From NCBI GenBank assembly GCA_032161105.1, contig JAVHTD010000013.1: DNA of 64,000 nucleotides; one strand, 5' to 3'. The notes below the pieces were generated by a model. It did no database searches. It saw only the letters and a program-made list of their open reading frames with translations, and was not told where the DNA came from. Source of the stretch: Candidatus Thermosaccharophagus tengchongensis. Its GTDB lineage: Bacteria; Armatimonadota; Fervidibacteria; Fervidibacterales; Thermosaccharophagaceae. Below, piece after piece: positions 10,415 through 19,552 of the stretch. Both the position numbers and the translations under genes were made by a program. Each line of letters opens with the position of its first letter. The first letter of the stretch is position 1.

Positions 10415-10810
10415 TGCAGTGGGCAGGGTGGTCGCTGGTGAGCATGCACATCGCATGCTCATCAGAGGAAAGTCCGGACTCCATAGGGCAGCGCGCTGGG
10501 TAACTCCCAGTCCCCGTGAGGGGAGGAAAGTGCCACAGAAAACATACCGCCATGTGGTTAAGCGGCAGCTGCTAAAACTGTAACGCCCTCAGCTGCTGGC
10601 GTTGCCACATGGTAAGGGTGAAAAGGTGGGGTAAGAGCCCACCAGCAACGCCGTGAGGCGTTGGCTTGGCAAACCCCGCGCGGAGCAAGACCAAACAGGG
10701 GACGCTATCAGGTTGCCCGCCGATGTCCCCGGGTGGGTCGCTTAGAAAAATGACCACCACCGCCACCATGCTGTGGCGGGACAGAATCCGGCTTACATGC
10801 CCACTGCATG
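10415..10810 (+). ncRNA. rnpB: RNase P RNA, bacterial type A
   Basis: GAGGAAAGTCCGG, GGAAAGTGCCACAGAAA, GGTAAGGGTGAAA, GGCAAACCCC and ACAGAATCCGGCTTA are all present; P1 pairs TGCAGTGGGCA with TGCCCACTGCA. Confidence 0.97.
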
Positions 10811-10858
10811 CCCCATTTTACCCTCGCACTACACTATGCCAGTGTGAGCCCATCAGCG

Positions 10859-11273
10859 CTACCTCAATTTCACCCGCCACACTTTCGTTGTCTCATCCTT
10901 GCTTGCTGATGCCAGAAACTCACCAGACGGAGCAAAAGCCAACGCAAGCGACCAATTGCGCCCGCCCTCCTTCGTCAAAACCAGCTGCCAATCATTAACC
11001 CGCCAAACCCTCAACCTATCATCCATGCTGCATGAGACGGCAAATTTGCCATCTGGACTAAACCCGACGGCACGAATTTCCCTTTGATGCCATCCCTCTA
11101 AGCGCTTGACCAAACTTCGGCTAACAACATCCCAAACCGCCAAAGTCGCATCTTCGCTTCCAGAGAACAAAATCGCACCATTGGGATGAAATGCCATCGC
11201 CGTAATTGCACCTTGATGGGCTTGCCATTTTACTATCGGCTCCGATTGAGCAACATTCAAAAGCCAGATTTGC
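10859..11273 (-). pseudogene. C-terminal fragment of a WD40-repeat protein
   Basis: About three WD40 repeats (AHQGAITAMAFHPNG...LAVWD; FSPDG...LRVWR; FAPSG...TKVWR). The frame continues upstream as QIWLLNV to ~11273, then hits AT-rich DNA and a stop with no proper start. Confidence 0.75.
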
Positions 11274-11906
11274 CAATATTAAAAGCTCAAGCACAAAATA
11301 TACCAATATGTATAGTTCCAAGAGGTTTTGGGGCATTCCAAAACTATTGGGTTTTATCAGGAAATAATCTCTATGCTTCATCTACAACTTGGAATGTTGG
11401 CATCGGGACAACGAATCCAGGGGCTAAGTTGGAAATTAATGCTACAGGTGTTTTGGTCCAGGAGGATGGTTGAAGGGGATTCATTTCACAATCACTCAGC
11501 AATCACCATCAAAAATCCACAGGCTGGAAAAGGTGGGCTCTTATTTGGTTTACATGCATTAAATCAAAAGTTTTATTTTGGGCATTATAACCCAGATGAT
11601 AGTTGGGATAAATATATGATGGTGATTGATGCAATTTCAGGCAATGTAGGTATAGGAACAGATAATCCTCAAGCTAAATTAGAGGTAGCTGGAGCAATAA
11701 GGTTAGCTCCTTCTTCTCAACCTTCTAATCCTCAAGAAGGTATGATGTATTATGATAGTAGTTTGCATAAGTTTATGTGTGCAACAGACAAAGGTTGGCA
11801 AGATTGTGGAGGAGCTGGAGAAGTAGCCGGGGGAGAACTAACAGTACCAGTTAAAATTTGGGATTCAAATAAAACTCGTTTAGTTTTAGAAATTACAGAA
11901 GAATAA
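11274..11906 (+). pseudogene. AT-rich, frameshifted fragment of an NVGIGT-repeat (fibre-like) surface protein
   Basis: Two repeats, WNVGIGTTNPGAKLEI and GNVGIGTDNPQAKLEV, lie in different frames with the frame change at ~11450-11490; the 5' end is missing. Confidence 0.7.
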
Positions 11907-11937
11907 GAAAAATCAGCCCCCTTTATTAGGGGGCTGA
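11905..11937 (-). terminator. Intrinsic terminator between convergent insert genes
   Basis: Perfect 10-bp stem TCAGCCCCCT/AGGGGGCTGA (11913-11937) followed by TTTTTCTT on the minus strand. Confidence 0.8.
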
Positions 11938-11950
11938 AGAGAAAATTGCC

Positions 11951-13216
11951 CTATAAGGGATCTCCAGGTTGATGCGCATATAAGAGATGAATAGCTTTCT
12001 GCATGAATGGGTGAATGTATGGTCTAGGAGAGGCATCGAGGAAACTACCATTTTTGGTATGATACGCGTTATTGGCTGGTATTAGCAACACATGTCCAAG
12101 CTCATGGGCAACTATTAGAGCTTTGAGTTCGTTAGCCGACGTTAACCAGCCGCGATAGAGAGCTACAAGGCCAATTCCTACTTTGTAGTTAGGATCTTCG
12201 TACACGTAAAACTTCCATGCCTTAGCATAACTAGTGGTATCTACGGTCTCCAGCCGGAGCAGGATAGAACCATAGTCTTCAGGGGCCCTTAGGTCATCCT
12301 TTTGCGTTATTTCAACTACAAAGCTTAATCCTGTATATCTAGTCCAGAAGTCAACTCCCTGTCGGATAGTTTCTAAATACGGCTCTAGCGCTCTATTGAC
12401 CAAGACTTTGATTGGCTTACTAGGCGGTCCGTCACTTAAAGACATAAATCTGACTACTCTCCCGTTTACAGTTGCATACTTAAGCAGAAAATCTCGAGCC
12501 AACCTTTCGAGCTCTGCAGGATCATGAATTAACTCCAGCTCGCTGCTGCCTACATTTCCTTGTGAATCCACTGCCTCCACTCTCACCCATTTTCTGCCTG
12601 GACTTCCGAACTTCTCTAAGTCAACCTCAAACTGCCCACCATTAAATGGCCACTCCTGCAATATTGTTCCTTGGTCAGTTACACGAAGCTTTGCAATCGG
12701 ATAACTACCAGGATATGCTTCTCCCACAATTTTTAGCTTTGTGCCATTTCCTACAGTTCGGACATCTTCTGGCCAATCAGCAGGATACCTTAGATAGACC
12801 TTTGGAGGTTCAACAGAAGGAGAAGGGATTACACGAATTTGTGTCTGACCACTAAACCTGATGTTGTTTCTCACTGCTACAAAGCTAATGGTGTATACAA
12901 CCTCGTTACTGACTTGGAAGCTTACTTGCCAGTGCCTGGAATCATTCAGTTTCTTGAAGGTGATGGATGGCTCTGTTGGCTGGTAGCTCCAGCTTACATC
13001 TGCTTCAGCTAAAATTTGATCCTTCACAGAATCACCGGTTGTAAGCTCAAGGTTAGCTACATCTCCACTTTTGGCTTCGCTTGGTCCGATGATGGACGTA
13101 ATTACATCAGAAGGCTGGCTCGGTGGATTGCTTGGAGGTAGTAGAGGTCCTTTTCCTCCACCTCCGCACCCTCCTATTGTTAGAATCACAGCAAGTAGCA
13201 ACAGATGCCTTTTCAC
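11951..13216 (-). CDS. Putative lipoprotein with Ig-like region and C-terminal zinc metallopeptidase (HExxH) domain
   Basis: MKR + hydrophobic stretch + GGC lipobox, Pro-rich linker, VRVEAVDSQGNVG Ig-like motif and AHELGHVL; SD GGGAGGTG. Confidence 0.75.
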   Translation of the reverse strand: MKRHLLLLAVILTIGGCGGGGKGPLLPPSNPPSQPSDVITSIIGPSEAKSGDVANLELTTGDSVKDQILAEADVSWSYQPTEPSITFKKLNDSRHWQVSFQVSNEVVYTISFVAVRNNIRFSGQTQIRVIPSPSVEPPKVYLRYPADWPEDVRTVGNGTKLKIVGEAYPGSYPIAKLRVTDQGTILQEWPFNGGQFEVDLEKFGSPGRKWVRVEAVDSQGNVGSSELELIHDPAELERLARDFLLKYATVNGRVVRFMSLSDGPPSKPIKVLVNRALEPYLETIRQGVDFWTRYTGLSFVVEITQKDDLRAPEDYGSILLRLETVDTTSYAKAWKFYVYEDPNYKVGIGLVALYRGWLTSANELKALIVAHELGHVLLIPANNAYHTKNGSFLDASPRPYIHPFMQKAIHLLYAHQPGDPL

Positions 13217-13259
13217 AGCTTTTCACCTCCCTTTGGTTTTGTTTTAGTGCACTACTTAA

Positions 13260-13268
13260 ATTATAACA
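13260..13268 (-). promoter_or_regulatory. Putative extended -10 promoter (TGtTATAAT) for the lipoprotein gene
   Basis: Minus strand reads TGTTATAAT about 45 nt upstream of the GTG start. Confidence 0.55.
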
Positions 13269-14118
13269 CTAAGGGAATTTGATTTTGTCATCACTCCCTG
13301 AAGCCAAAATTTGTCCGTCTGGGGAAAAGGAAACGGAGCTCACCAAATCTGTATGCCCCATAAGTGTTCTAATAAGGCTTCCGTCTGATACTCGCCATAG
13401 TGGGTGAAACACTATTGCTGATGCCTGCCATATTGCTCTCACTTTCCCGATCGCCTTCGTCAGTGTAGAGGCTTTTAGTGGTATGGTTGGTCTCGGTATA
13501 GGCTTGGGTTGCACCTTACCTTGTATTGCCCTCCAAAACTCGTCCACACTATCAAACCGATGGTTAGGGTCAAACCTCATTGCCACTTCAATGGCTTGCC
13601 AAGCAGCATCGGGGGGCATCAGCAGGTTTAGGGGGCAATGTCAGTTCACCATTTCGGAATTTCTCCATGCGAGTGAACGCATCATCGGGTATTTGTCCTG
13701 TAAGTGCGAAGACCATTGTGGCTGCCAAAGCATATTGGTCGGCACGAGCATTAACTTCAACCCCGCTTTGATACTGCTCAGGTGGCGAATAGCCATCCGT
13801 CCATGCGACAATGGAGCTTGACCTTGGTCGGTTCGGGTCAACGGCTTCCAAAACCTTCGCAACACCAAAGTCAACGAGATGGTTTTCCTTGATGGCGACA
13901 AGTCCGTTAGTTTGCAAATCGGTTGCCCGATACACTGCGCCAAAACCGCCACTGCCACGAATGCCATCAATTCGGTATCGCCCTTGCAAAACCGTTCCAC
14001 GACCGAGAAGTTGCCTTTGAGGAGTCCCACACTTGGGGCAGTTGTTTGCCGACAGCGAAACATCAGCACCGCACTTTGGGTTTGGGCAAAGTTGAATGTT
14101 TGAGGCTTGAACCGTCAT
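13269..14118 (-). pseudogene. Degenerate Zn-ribbon + Ser/Thr protein kinase + WD40 gene
   Basis: CPNPKC..CPKC, GSGGFGAVY, VAIKE joined directly to LVDFG, YSPPEQY and DQYAL; frameshift in a G6/C6 run at 13611-13616; one WD40 repeat, then a stop. Confidence 0.85.
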
Positions 14119-14257
14119 CCTCTCACCCCAACTTCGGTGAACCAACATCTTCACCAACGACTTTACCCGCACCGATACAGCGATGCGCCACCCACAATTG
14201 ACCTCTTCGCCAATCCTGCTGCATTTGGTGCAGCTCAAGATTTCTCCCGCGCTCGCA

Positions 14258-16555
14258 TCACTCAATCTTCCTCAAAGGCGCATATTCAAGTGCGAGGCAT
14301 TTTTCGCCGATGGTTGGTTCGTCAAAGACGATGTAAGCTTGCGCTCTCCTCCCGACTCGCTCAACCATCCTTACAGTGCCTGTGCCAAATTTGGCGTGAA
14401 TGACCCTGTCACCAGGTTTGAGGTCAATCAATGTCTCACTTTCTTCGTGCTCATCCAGTGAGGTGGCAGTCAATCTGGGCTCGCTTTCCGATTCGCGTTT
14501 GTGCCTGTCAAGCAAGTCCCGAATGTTGAACACCACTGATCGCCACGGGCGCATCACCGTGGTTGGCTGGAAAGTCCTTATAAAGCCGCTCATTGTCGGC
14601 TCACCATAAATGCGATGCATTAGCTCATTCGGTATCTCGCCAATGAATCGTGATGGGGCTTGCGTATAGTGCAAATAGCCGTCATAGCCCCTTCTCATGC
14701 GCTTTGCGGCGTGCGTCAGTATGACCAAGTCCTTTGCCCTCGTCAGTGCGACATAGAACAGGCGCCTTTCCTCCTCAAACTCCTCGTCGCTATTCATGCT
14801 TCTGAAGTGTGGGAATAAACCTTCCTCAAGCCCGACGACGAAGACAACTGGAAACTCAAGTCCTTTGGCACTGTGCACAGTCAGCAATGTGACTGCGTCG
14901 CCATCCCAAGATGCCTCATCCTGCGGCGTCAAAAGGGCGATTTGCTCAAGGAAGGGTTGCAATGCCTTTGAGGCTGGCTCATCATCAAATGCCCTCTTTG
15001 CCGCCATCATGAGCTGTTCAATGTTTGCAAGCCTTTCCAATGCCTGCAATTCGCCCTCGGCTTTGAGCATCTCGCCATAGCCGCTTTCGTCAATGATGAG
15101 CTCAATCAACTTCGGTATGCTCACCTTGCTCATTTGCTCCCTCCACCTGATGACCAAACGCCTGAAGTTGAGCACGGCTTTAAGCTCCCTTTCCCTGAGC
15201 GACGATATCCCGCCTTCAAAGATAAGCCCTCCAATTGACAGCCCCTTTGATTGCGCCTCCGCCCTCAGATTGCGCAATGTCATTTCGCCGATGCCCCTCG
15301 GCGGAAGGTTGATTACCCTGAGCAGGCTGATTTCGTCATCGCTGTTGATTAGCAGGCGCATGAATGCGACCATGTCCTTAATCTCTCGGCGCTCGTAGAA
15401 GCGCACCGCACCAACAACACGGTGCGGTATGCCAAAGTGCAAGAAGGCTTCCTCAAATGGGCGTGACTGCGCATTCACACGATACATCACGGCGAAATCA
15501 CAATAGCGCCTCCTATCCTGTGAGATGAGCTCACGAATCATGTTCGCCACAAAGAGGGCTTCCTTGTCCTCGTCCGATGCCTCATACACGAGTATTGGCA
15601 GTCCGCCCTCCCTCACCGTCCTTAGGCGCTTCTCATGCCTGTAGCGGTTGTTCTTTATGACATGGTAGGCTGCATCCAATATCACGCCCGTTGAGCGGTA
15701 GTTCCTCTCAAGGGTTATCACCTTGGCATCGTGGAACCTGTCTTTGAGCTCAAGTATGAACTTGACGCTCGCCTTCCTCCAACCGTATATCGCTTGGTCA
15801 TCATCGCCGACGACGAAAATGTTTCGGTGCCATCTTGCGAGGGCGCAAGCAAGCTCATGCTGGAGGTAGTTCACATCCTGATACTCGTCCACATGGATGT
15901 ATTGGAACCGCTCGCTGTATTGCCGCCAAAGGCTTTCGTTCTCCCAAAGCATGCGCAACGCATAGAGCAACAGGTCATCAAAGTCAACGGCATTTGATGA
16001 GCGCAGTGTCCTCTCATACTGCTCATAGATGGTTGCGACGGTTTTCTCAAAAGGTGTCTTTGCAACCTCGGCATAATCTTCGTGTGAGAGCATGTCCACC
16101 TTGGCGCTGCTTATCGCCGCCTGTATCGCATTCGGGCTATACATGTCGCTGCCCATCCCGAGCTCCCGCATTATTCGCTTTATGAGCGCGATTTGATCAT
16201 CCTCATCAAAGATGACGAAGTTGGGCTTCAAGCCAACAGAGCTGCCGTGCATCCTGAGCATGCGTGCGCATATTGCGTGGAATGTCCCTATCCACATCTG
16301 CTCGCATGCTCTCCCGATGAGGCGCTCAAGGCGCTCTCGCATCTCATTTGCGGCTTTGTTCGTGAAGGTCACAGCCATGATGAAAGACGGTGGGACGCCC
16401 TTGCACCCAACAAGGTATGCAACCCTGTATGTCAGCACCCTCGTCTTGCCGCTGCCCGCACCAGCAAAGACGATGACCGGCCCTTCGGTCTCCATAACTG
16501 CCATGCGCTGTTGCTCATCAAGTTGCTCAATCAGGTGTGAGGGATTGAAGCGCAT
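14258..16555 (-). CDS. pcrA: ATP-dependent DNA helicase PcrA/UvrD
   Basis: AGAGSGKT, TFTNKAA, VDEYQD, VGDDDQ, NYRS, HSAKGLEF, EERRLFYVALTRA and a C-terminal Tudor-like HAKFGTG segment. Confidence 0.96.
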   Translation of the reverse strand: MRFNPSHLIEQLDEQQRMAVMETEGPVIVFAGAGSGKTRVLTYRVAYLVGCKGVPPSFIMAVTFTNKAANEMRERLERLIGRACEQMWIGTFHAICARMLRMHGSSVGLKPNFVIFDEDDQIALIKRIMRELGMGSDMYSPNAIQAAISSAKVDMLSHEDYAEVAKTPFEKTVATIYEQYERTLRSSNAVDFDDLLLYALRMLWENESLWRQYSERFQYIHVDEYQDVNYLQHELACALARWHRNIFVVGDDDQAIYGWRKASVKFILELKDRFHDAKVITLERNYRSTGVILDAAYHVIKNNRYRHEKRLRTVREGGLPILVYEASDEDKEALFVANMIRELISQDRRRYCDFAVMYRVNAQSRPFEEAFLHFGIPHRVVGAVRFYERREIKDMVAFMRLLINSDDEISLLRVINLPPRGIGEMTLRNLRAEAQSKGLSIGGLIFEGGISSLRERELKAVLNFRRLVIRWREQMSKVSIPKLIELIIDESGYGEMLKAEGELQALERLANIEQLMMAAKRAFDDEPASKALQPFLEQIALLTPQDEASWDGDAVTLLTVHSAKGLEFPVVFVVGLEEGLFPHFRSMNSDEEFEEERRLFYVALTRAKDLVILTHAAKRMRRGYDGYLHYTQAPSRFIGEIPNELMHRIYGEPTMSGFIRTFQPTTVMRPWRSVVFNIRDLLDRHKRESESEPRLTATSLDEHEESETLIDLKPGDRVIHAKFGTGTVRMVERVGRRAQAYIVFDEPTIGEKCLALEYAPLRKIE

Positions 16556-16602
16556 CTGCTAAATCACCCTGAACCACATCAATCCGATAGAGCAAATGTG
16601 GA

Positions 16603-18243
16603 CTACGGTGCAACTGTATGCCTGACTTTGAACATGCTGTGGCTCTTCTCAAGCGCCGCAGCTATGAAGTCCCTGAACAGCGGGTGTGCTCTGTTGGGGC
16701 GCGATTTGAATTCGGGATGAAACTGCGTTGCCACAAACCAAGGGTGGTCTCTAAGTTCAATTATCTCAACGAGCCTGCCATCCGGAGACAGCCCGCTGAA
16801 GACCATCCCGTGCTTTTCAAGCAAGTCGCAATATCTCGGGTTGACCTCATATCTGTGCCTATGGCGCTCATAAACGCAATCGGCTTTATACGCCTCGTAG
16901 GCTTTCGTGCCCGGTTGAATGACGCAAGGATAAGCTCCAAGGCGCATTGTCCCACCAAGCCTTGTAACCTTCTGCTGTTCCTCAAGCAGGTCAATCACTG
17001 GGTGCTCACATGTCTTATCAAACTCACTGCTGTTTGCGCCCTTAAGACCGCACACATCCCTTGCAAATTCAATCACGGCGCACTGGAGTCCAAGGCAAAG
17101 CCCCAAAAACGGTATCTCCCTCTCACGGGCATACTTTATTGCCGTAACCTTCCCTTCAATCCCCCTATATCCGAAGCCGCCGGGAACGACTATGCCGCTC
17201 ACATCCCCAAGCAGCGATTCAACATTGTCATCGGTGAGCTGCTCAGAGTCAACCCACTTTATCTCAACGCGGCACCTGTTTGCGTATCCACCGTGCTTTA
17301 TCGCCTCAGCAACGCTTATGTATGCGTCATGAAGCTGCACATATTTTCCGACGAGAGCCACACGGCACGAGTGCAATGGCTCCTTCATCGCCTTAACCAT
17401 GTCACGCCACTCCGAAAGGTCCGGCTCCCTATCTGGCAGGTTGAGCCGCTCAACAGTTAGCCTGCCAAGCCCCTGCTCCTCAAATGTCAAGGGCAGCTCG
17501 TAAATTTGGTCCGTGTCAAGCCCCTCAATTATTGCCTCAAGTGGGACTTCGCAAAAGAGGGCAACCTTCCGCCTCATCTCCTCAGTGAGCGGCAGCTTGC
17601 TCCTGCAGATGAGCACATCAGGCTGTATTCCGATGCTGCGCAGTTCCCTCACGCTATGCTGTGTCGGCTTCGTCTTCATCTCGTTCCTCGGTCCGACATA
17701 TGGTATGAGCGTGACATGAACATACATCACATTATCAAAGCCCTCGTCAATCTTGAACTGCCTCGCAGCCTCAAGGAATGGCATCCCCTCTATGTCCCCG
17801 ACTGTCCCACCAATCTCAACAATCGCCACATCGGCATCGTAGTCATCGGCAAGTGAGCGTATCCTGTCCTTGATCTCATCCGTGACATGCGGGATGACTT
17901 GAACCGTTTGACCGAGATACTCCCCCCTCCTCTCCTTCTCAATCACAGCGCCGTAGATTGTGCCAGTTGTGATGTTCGCCTTTCTCGTCAAGTTGATGTC
18001 AACGAAGCGCTCATAGTGCCCCAAGTCCAAATCAGTCTCAGCACCATCTTCGGTGACGAAGACTTCGCCATGTTGATACGGATTCATCGTCCCGGCATCC
18101 ACATTCAGGTATGGGTCAATCTTTTGCAGCGAGACCTTAAAGCCACGAGCTTTGAGAAGCCTGCCAAGGCATGCAGTCGTTATTCCCTTACCGATTGAGG
18201 AAACGACGCCGCCAGTAACGAACACATATTTCCTTCGCCTCAT
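16603..18243 (-). CDS. pyrG: CTP synthase
   Basis: [35 protein letters not shown] and FHPEF motifs. Confidence 0.98.
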   Translation of the reverse strand: MRRRKYVFVTGGVVSSIGKGITTACLGRLLKARGFKVSLQKIDPYLNVDAGTMNPYQHGEVFVTEDGAETDLDLGHYERFVDINLTRKANITTGTIYGAVIEKERRGEYLGQTVQVIPHVTDEIKDRIRSLADDYDADVAIVEIGGTVGDIEGMPFLEAARQFKIDEGFDNVMYVHVTLIPYVGPRNEMKTKPTQHSVRELRSIGIQPDVLICRSKLPLTEEMRRKVALFCEVPLEAIIEGLDTDQIYELPLTFEEQGLGRLTVERLNLPDREPDLSEWRDMVKAMKEPLHSCRVALVGKYVQLHDAYISVAEAIKHGGYANRCRVEIKWVDSEQLTDDNVESLLGDVSGIVVPGGFGYRGIEGKVTAIKYAREREIPFLGLCLGLQCAVIEFARDVCGLKGANSSEFDKTCEHPVIDLLEEQQKVTRLGGTMRLGAYPCVIQPGTKAYEAYKADCVYERHRHRYEVNPRYCDLLEKHGMVFSGLSPDGRLVEIIELRDHPWFVATQFHPEFKSRPNRAHPLFRDFIAAALEKSHSMFKVRHTVAP

Positions 18244-18312
18244 CTCCGCTCACCCTCTTTGAGACCACTCCATTGAGTGTGAGTTTGCGACAGCGCTATC
18301 GGCACTCAAAAA

Positions 18313-19332
18313 TTATTTTGAGCAGTTGATGAGCACTTTGATTCGCTCAAGATCACCGTAAGCCAAGCTGAGGAAAGCCTCCCTCGCCTCACGCAACGGG
18401 ACTTCACTCACCCAGCCATGAACTTGCACATGCTCATCACAAAGCAGCTTTATGGCTGCTTCAAAGTCACCACGGGTGTATGCATAGCTGCCTTGAATGC
18501 GCTTTTCGCCCGTCACAATGCCCGCGCCATCAATGAGGGCATCGGCATCGTGCAAGCCAATCCACACCGCAATCCCTTCCGGGGATAGCAGCTTGCATGA
18601 GAGTGCCCTCGTCTCACTCTTCCCAACAGCATCAAAACACACATCAGCGCCAACACCATGCGTCAAATCGCTAACAAGCTCACTCACATCAACTTCATTC
18701 GGGTCAATAGCCACTTCAGCACCGAGTGACTTGGCGACCTCCCTGCGCTGCTCAACCGGATCAATGACCACGACAGTGATGCCATCAAAACGCTTCACCA
18801 CTTGCAGGCAAAGCAACCCTATCGTGCCAGCGCCAATGATGACCACATTGTTGAAACCGTTTGTGCGCGCAAGGCGGCATGCATGCACCGCATTTGCCAA
18901 CGGCTCCGAGAGGGCTGCAAGCTTTAGGTCAAGCATGCTTGGGAGCTTGAAGACGCATTGCCTTGGAACACTCACATACTCGGCATACCCGCCGGGACGA
19001 TGCATGCTCAAAAGCTTCCTCCGCTGGCAAACATTCTCAAAGCCCCTCATGCACAGCCTGCATTCACCGCATGATATAAGCGGGTTAACCACTACGCGCT
19101 CTCCAACCTCAAAGCCACTTACGCCATGACCAACATCAGCCACAATGCCACTAAACTCATGCCCCATGATCAAAGGCGGCTTGCGCCTCCTGCCACTCAC
19201 AAACGATTCAACCTCAGAGCCGCAAATGCCGCACCATGCAACCTTGATTAACACTTCATCGGCTCCCGGTTTGGGCATCGGCAACTCAAGCAATTCAATC
19301 TCTCCGGGCGCTGTGTAAACGAGTGCCATCAT
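18313..19332 (-). CDS. Zn-dependent alcohol/polyol dehydrogenase (MDR family)
   Basis: CGICGS, GHEFSG, CGECRLC...C and GAGTIG motifs. Confidence 0.9.
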   Translation of the reverse strand: MMALVYTAPGEIELLELPMPKPGADEVLIKVAWCGICGSEVESFVSGRRRKPPLIMGHEFSGIVADVGHGVSGFEVGERVVVNPLISCGECRLCMRGFENVCQRRKLLSMHRPGGYAEYVSVPRQCVFKLPSMLDLKLAALSEPLANAVHACRLARTNGFNNVVIIGAGTIGLLCLQVVKRFDGITVVVIDPVEQRREVAKSLGAEVAIDPNEVDVSELVSDLTHGVGADVCFDAVGKSETRALSCKLLSPEGIAVWIGLHDADALIDGAGIVTGEKRIQGSYAYTRGDFEAAIKLLCDEHVQVHGWVSEVPLREAREAFLSLAYGDLERIKVLINCSK

Positions 19333-19552
19333 CCCCTTTTGAGTTCACCTCCAACATGGCAAGCCTGCCACATGCCACTTCAACGGTGCATTTTATGTCG
19401 CGCTCGGACGAATGGCACATCCGTTAACGGCACTTGGCACACTGCGACACATTGCATAATTGATGAAAGCTGTGGGCTGTTTTTTCATCAATCACCACAT
19501 AGCGCAAGCTGCGCAAGCTATATTCACAGCTGCTTCAAGGTTGTGAACGAGC

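Noticed and set aside
10266..10998. ORFs 10266-10553, 10572-10769 and 10666-10998
   Set aside because: They overlap the RNase P RNA and have no protein-like features.
10798..14257. rnpB 3' end as an att site for an integrative element
   Set aside because: No duplicate of the rnpB 3' sequence was found at the far side of the accessory region, and there is no integrase.
16618..17460. Long antisense ORFs (e.g. 16618-17460, 1680-2375, 18497-19129, 30251-30898, 54402-55085)
   Set aside because: They are shadows of well-supported genes on the opposite strand and carry no recognisable motifs.
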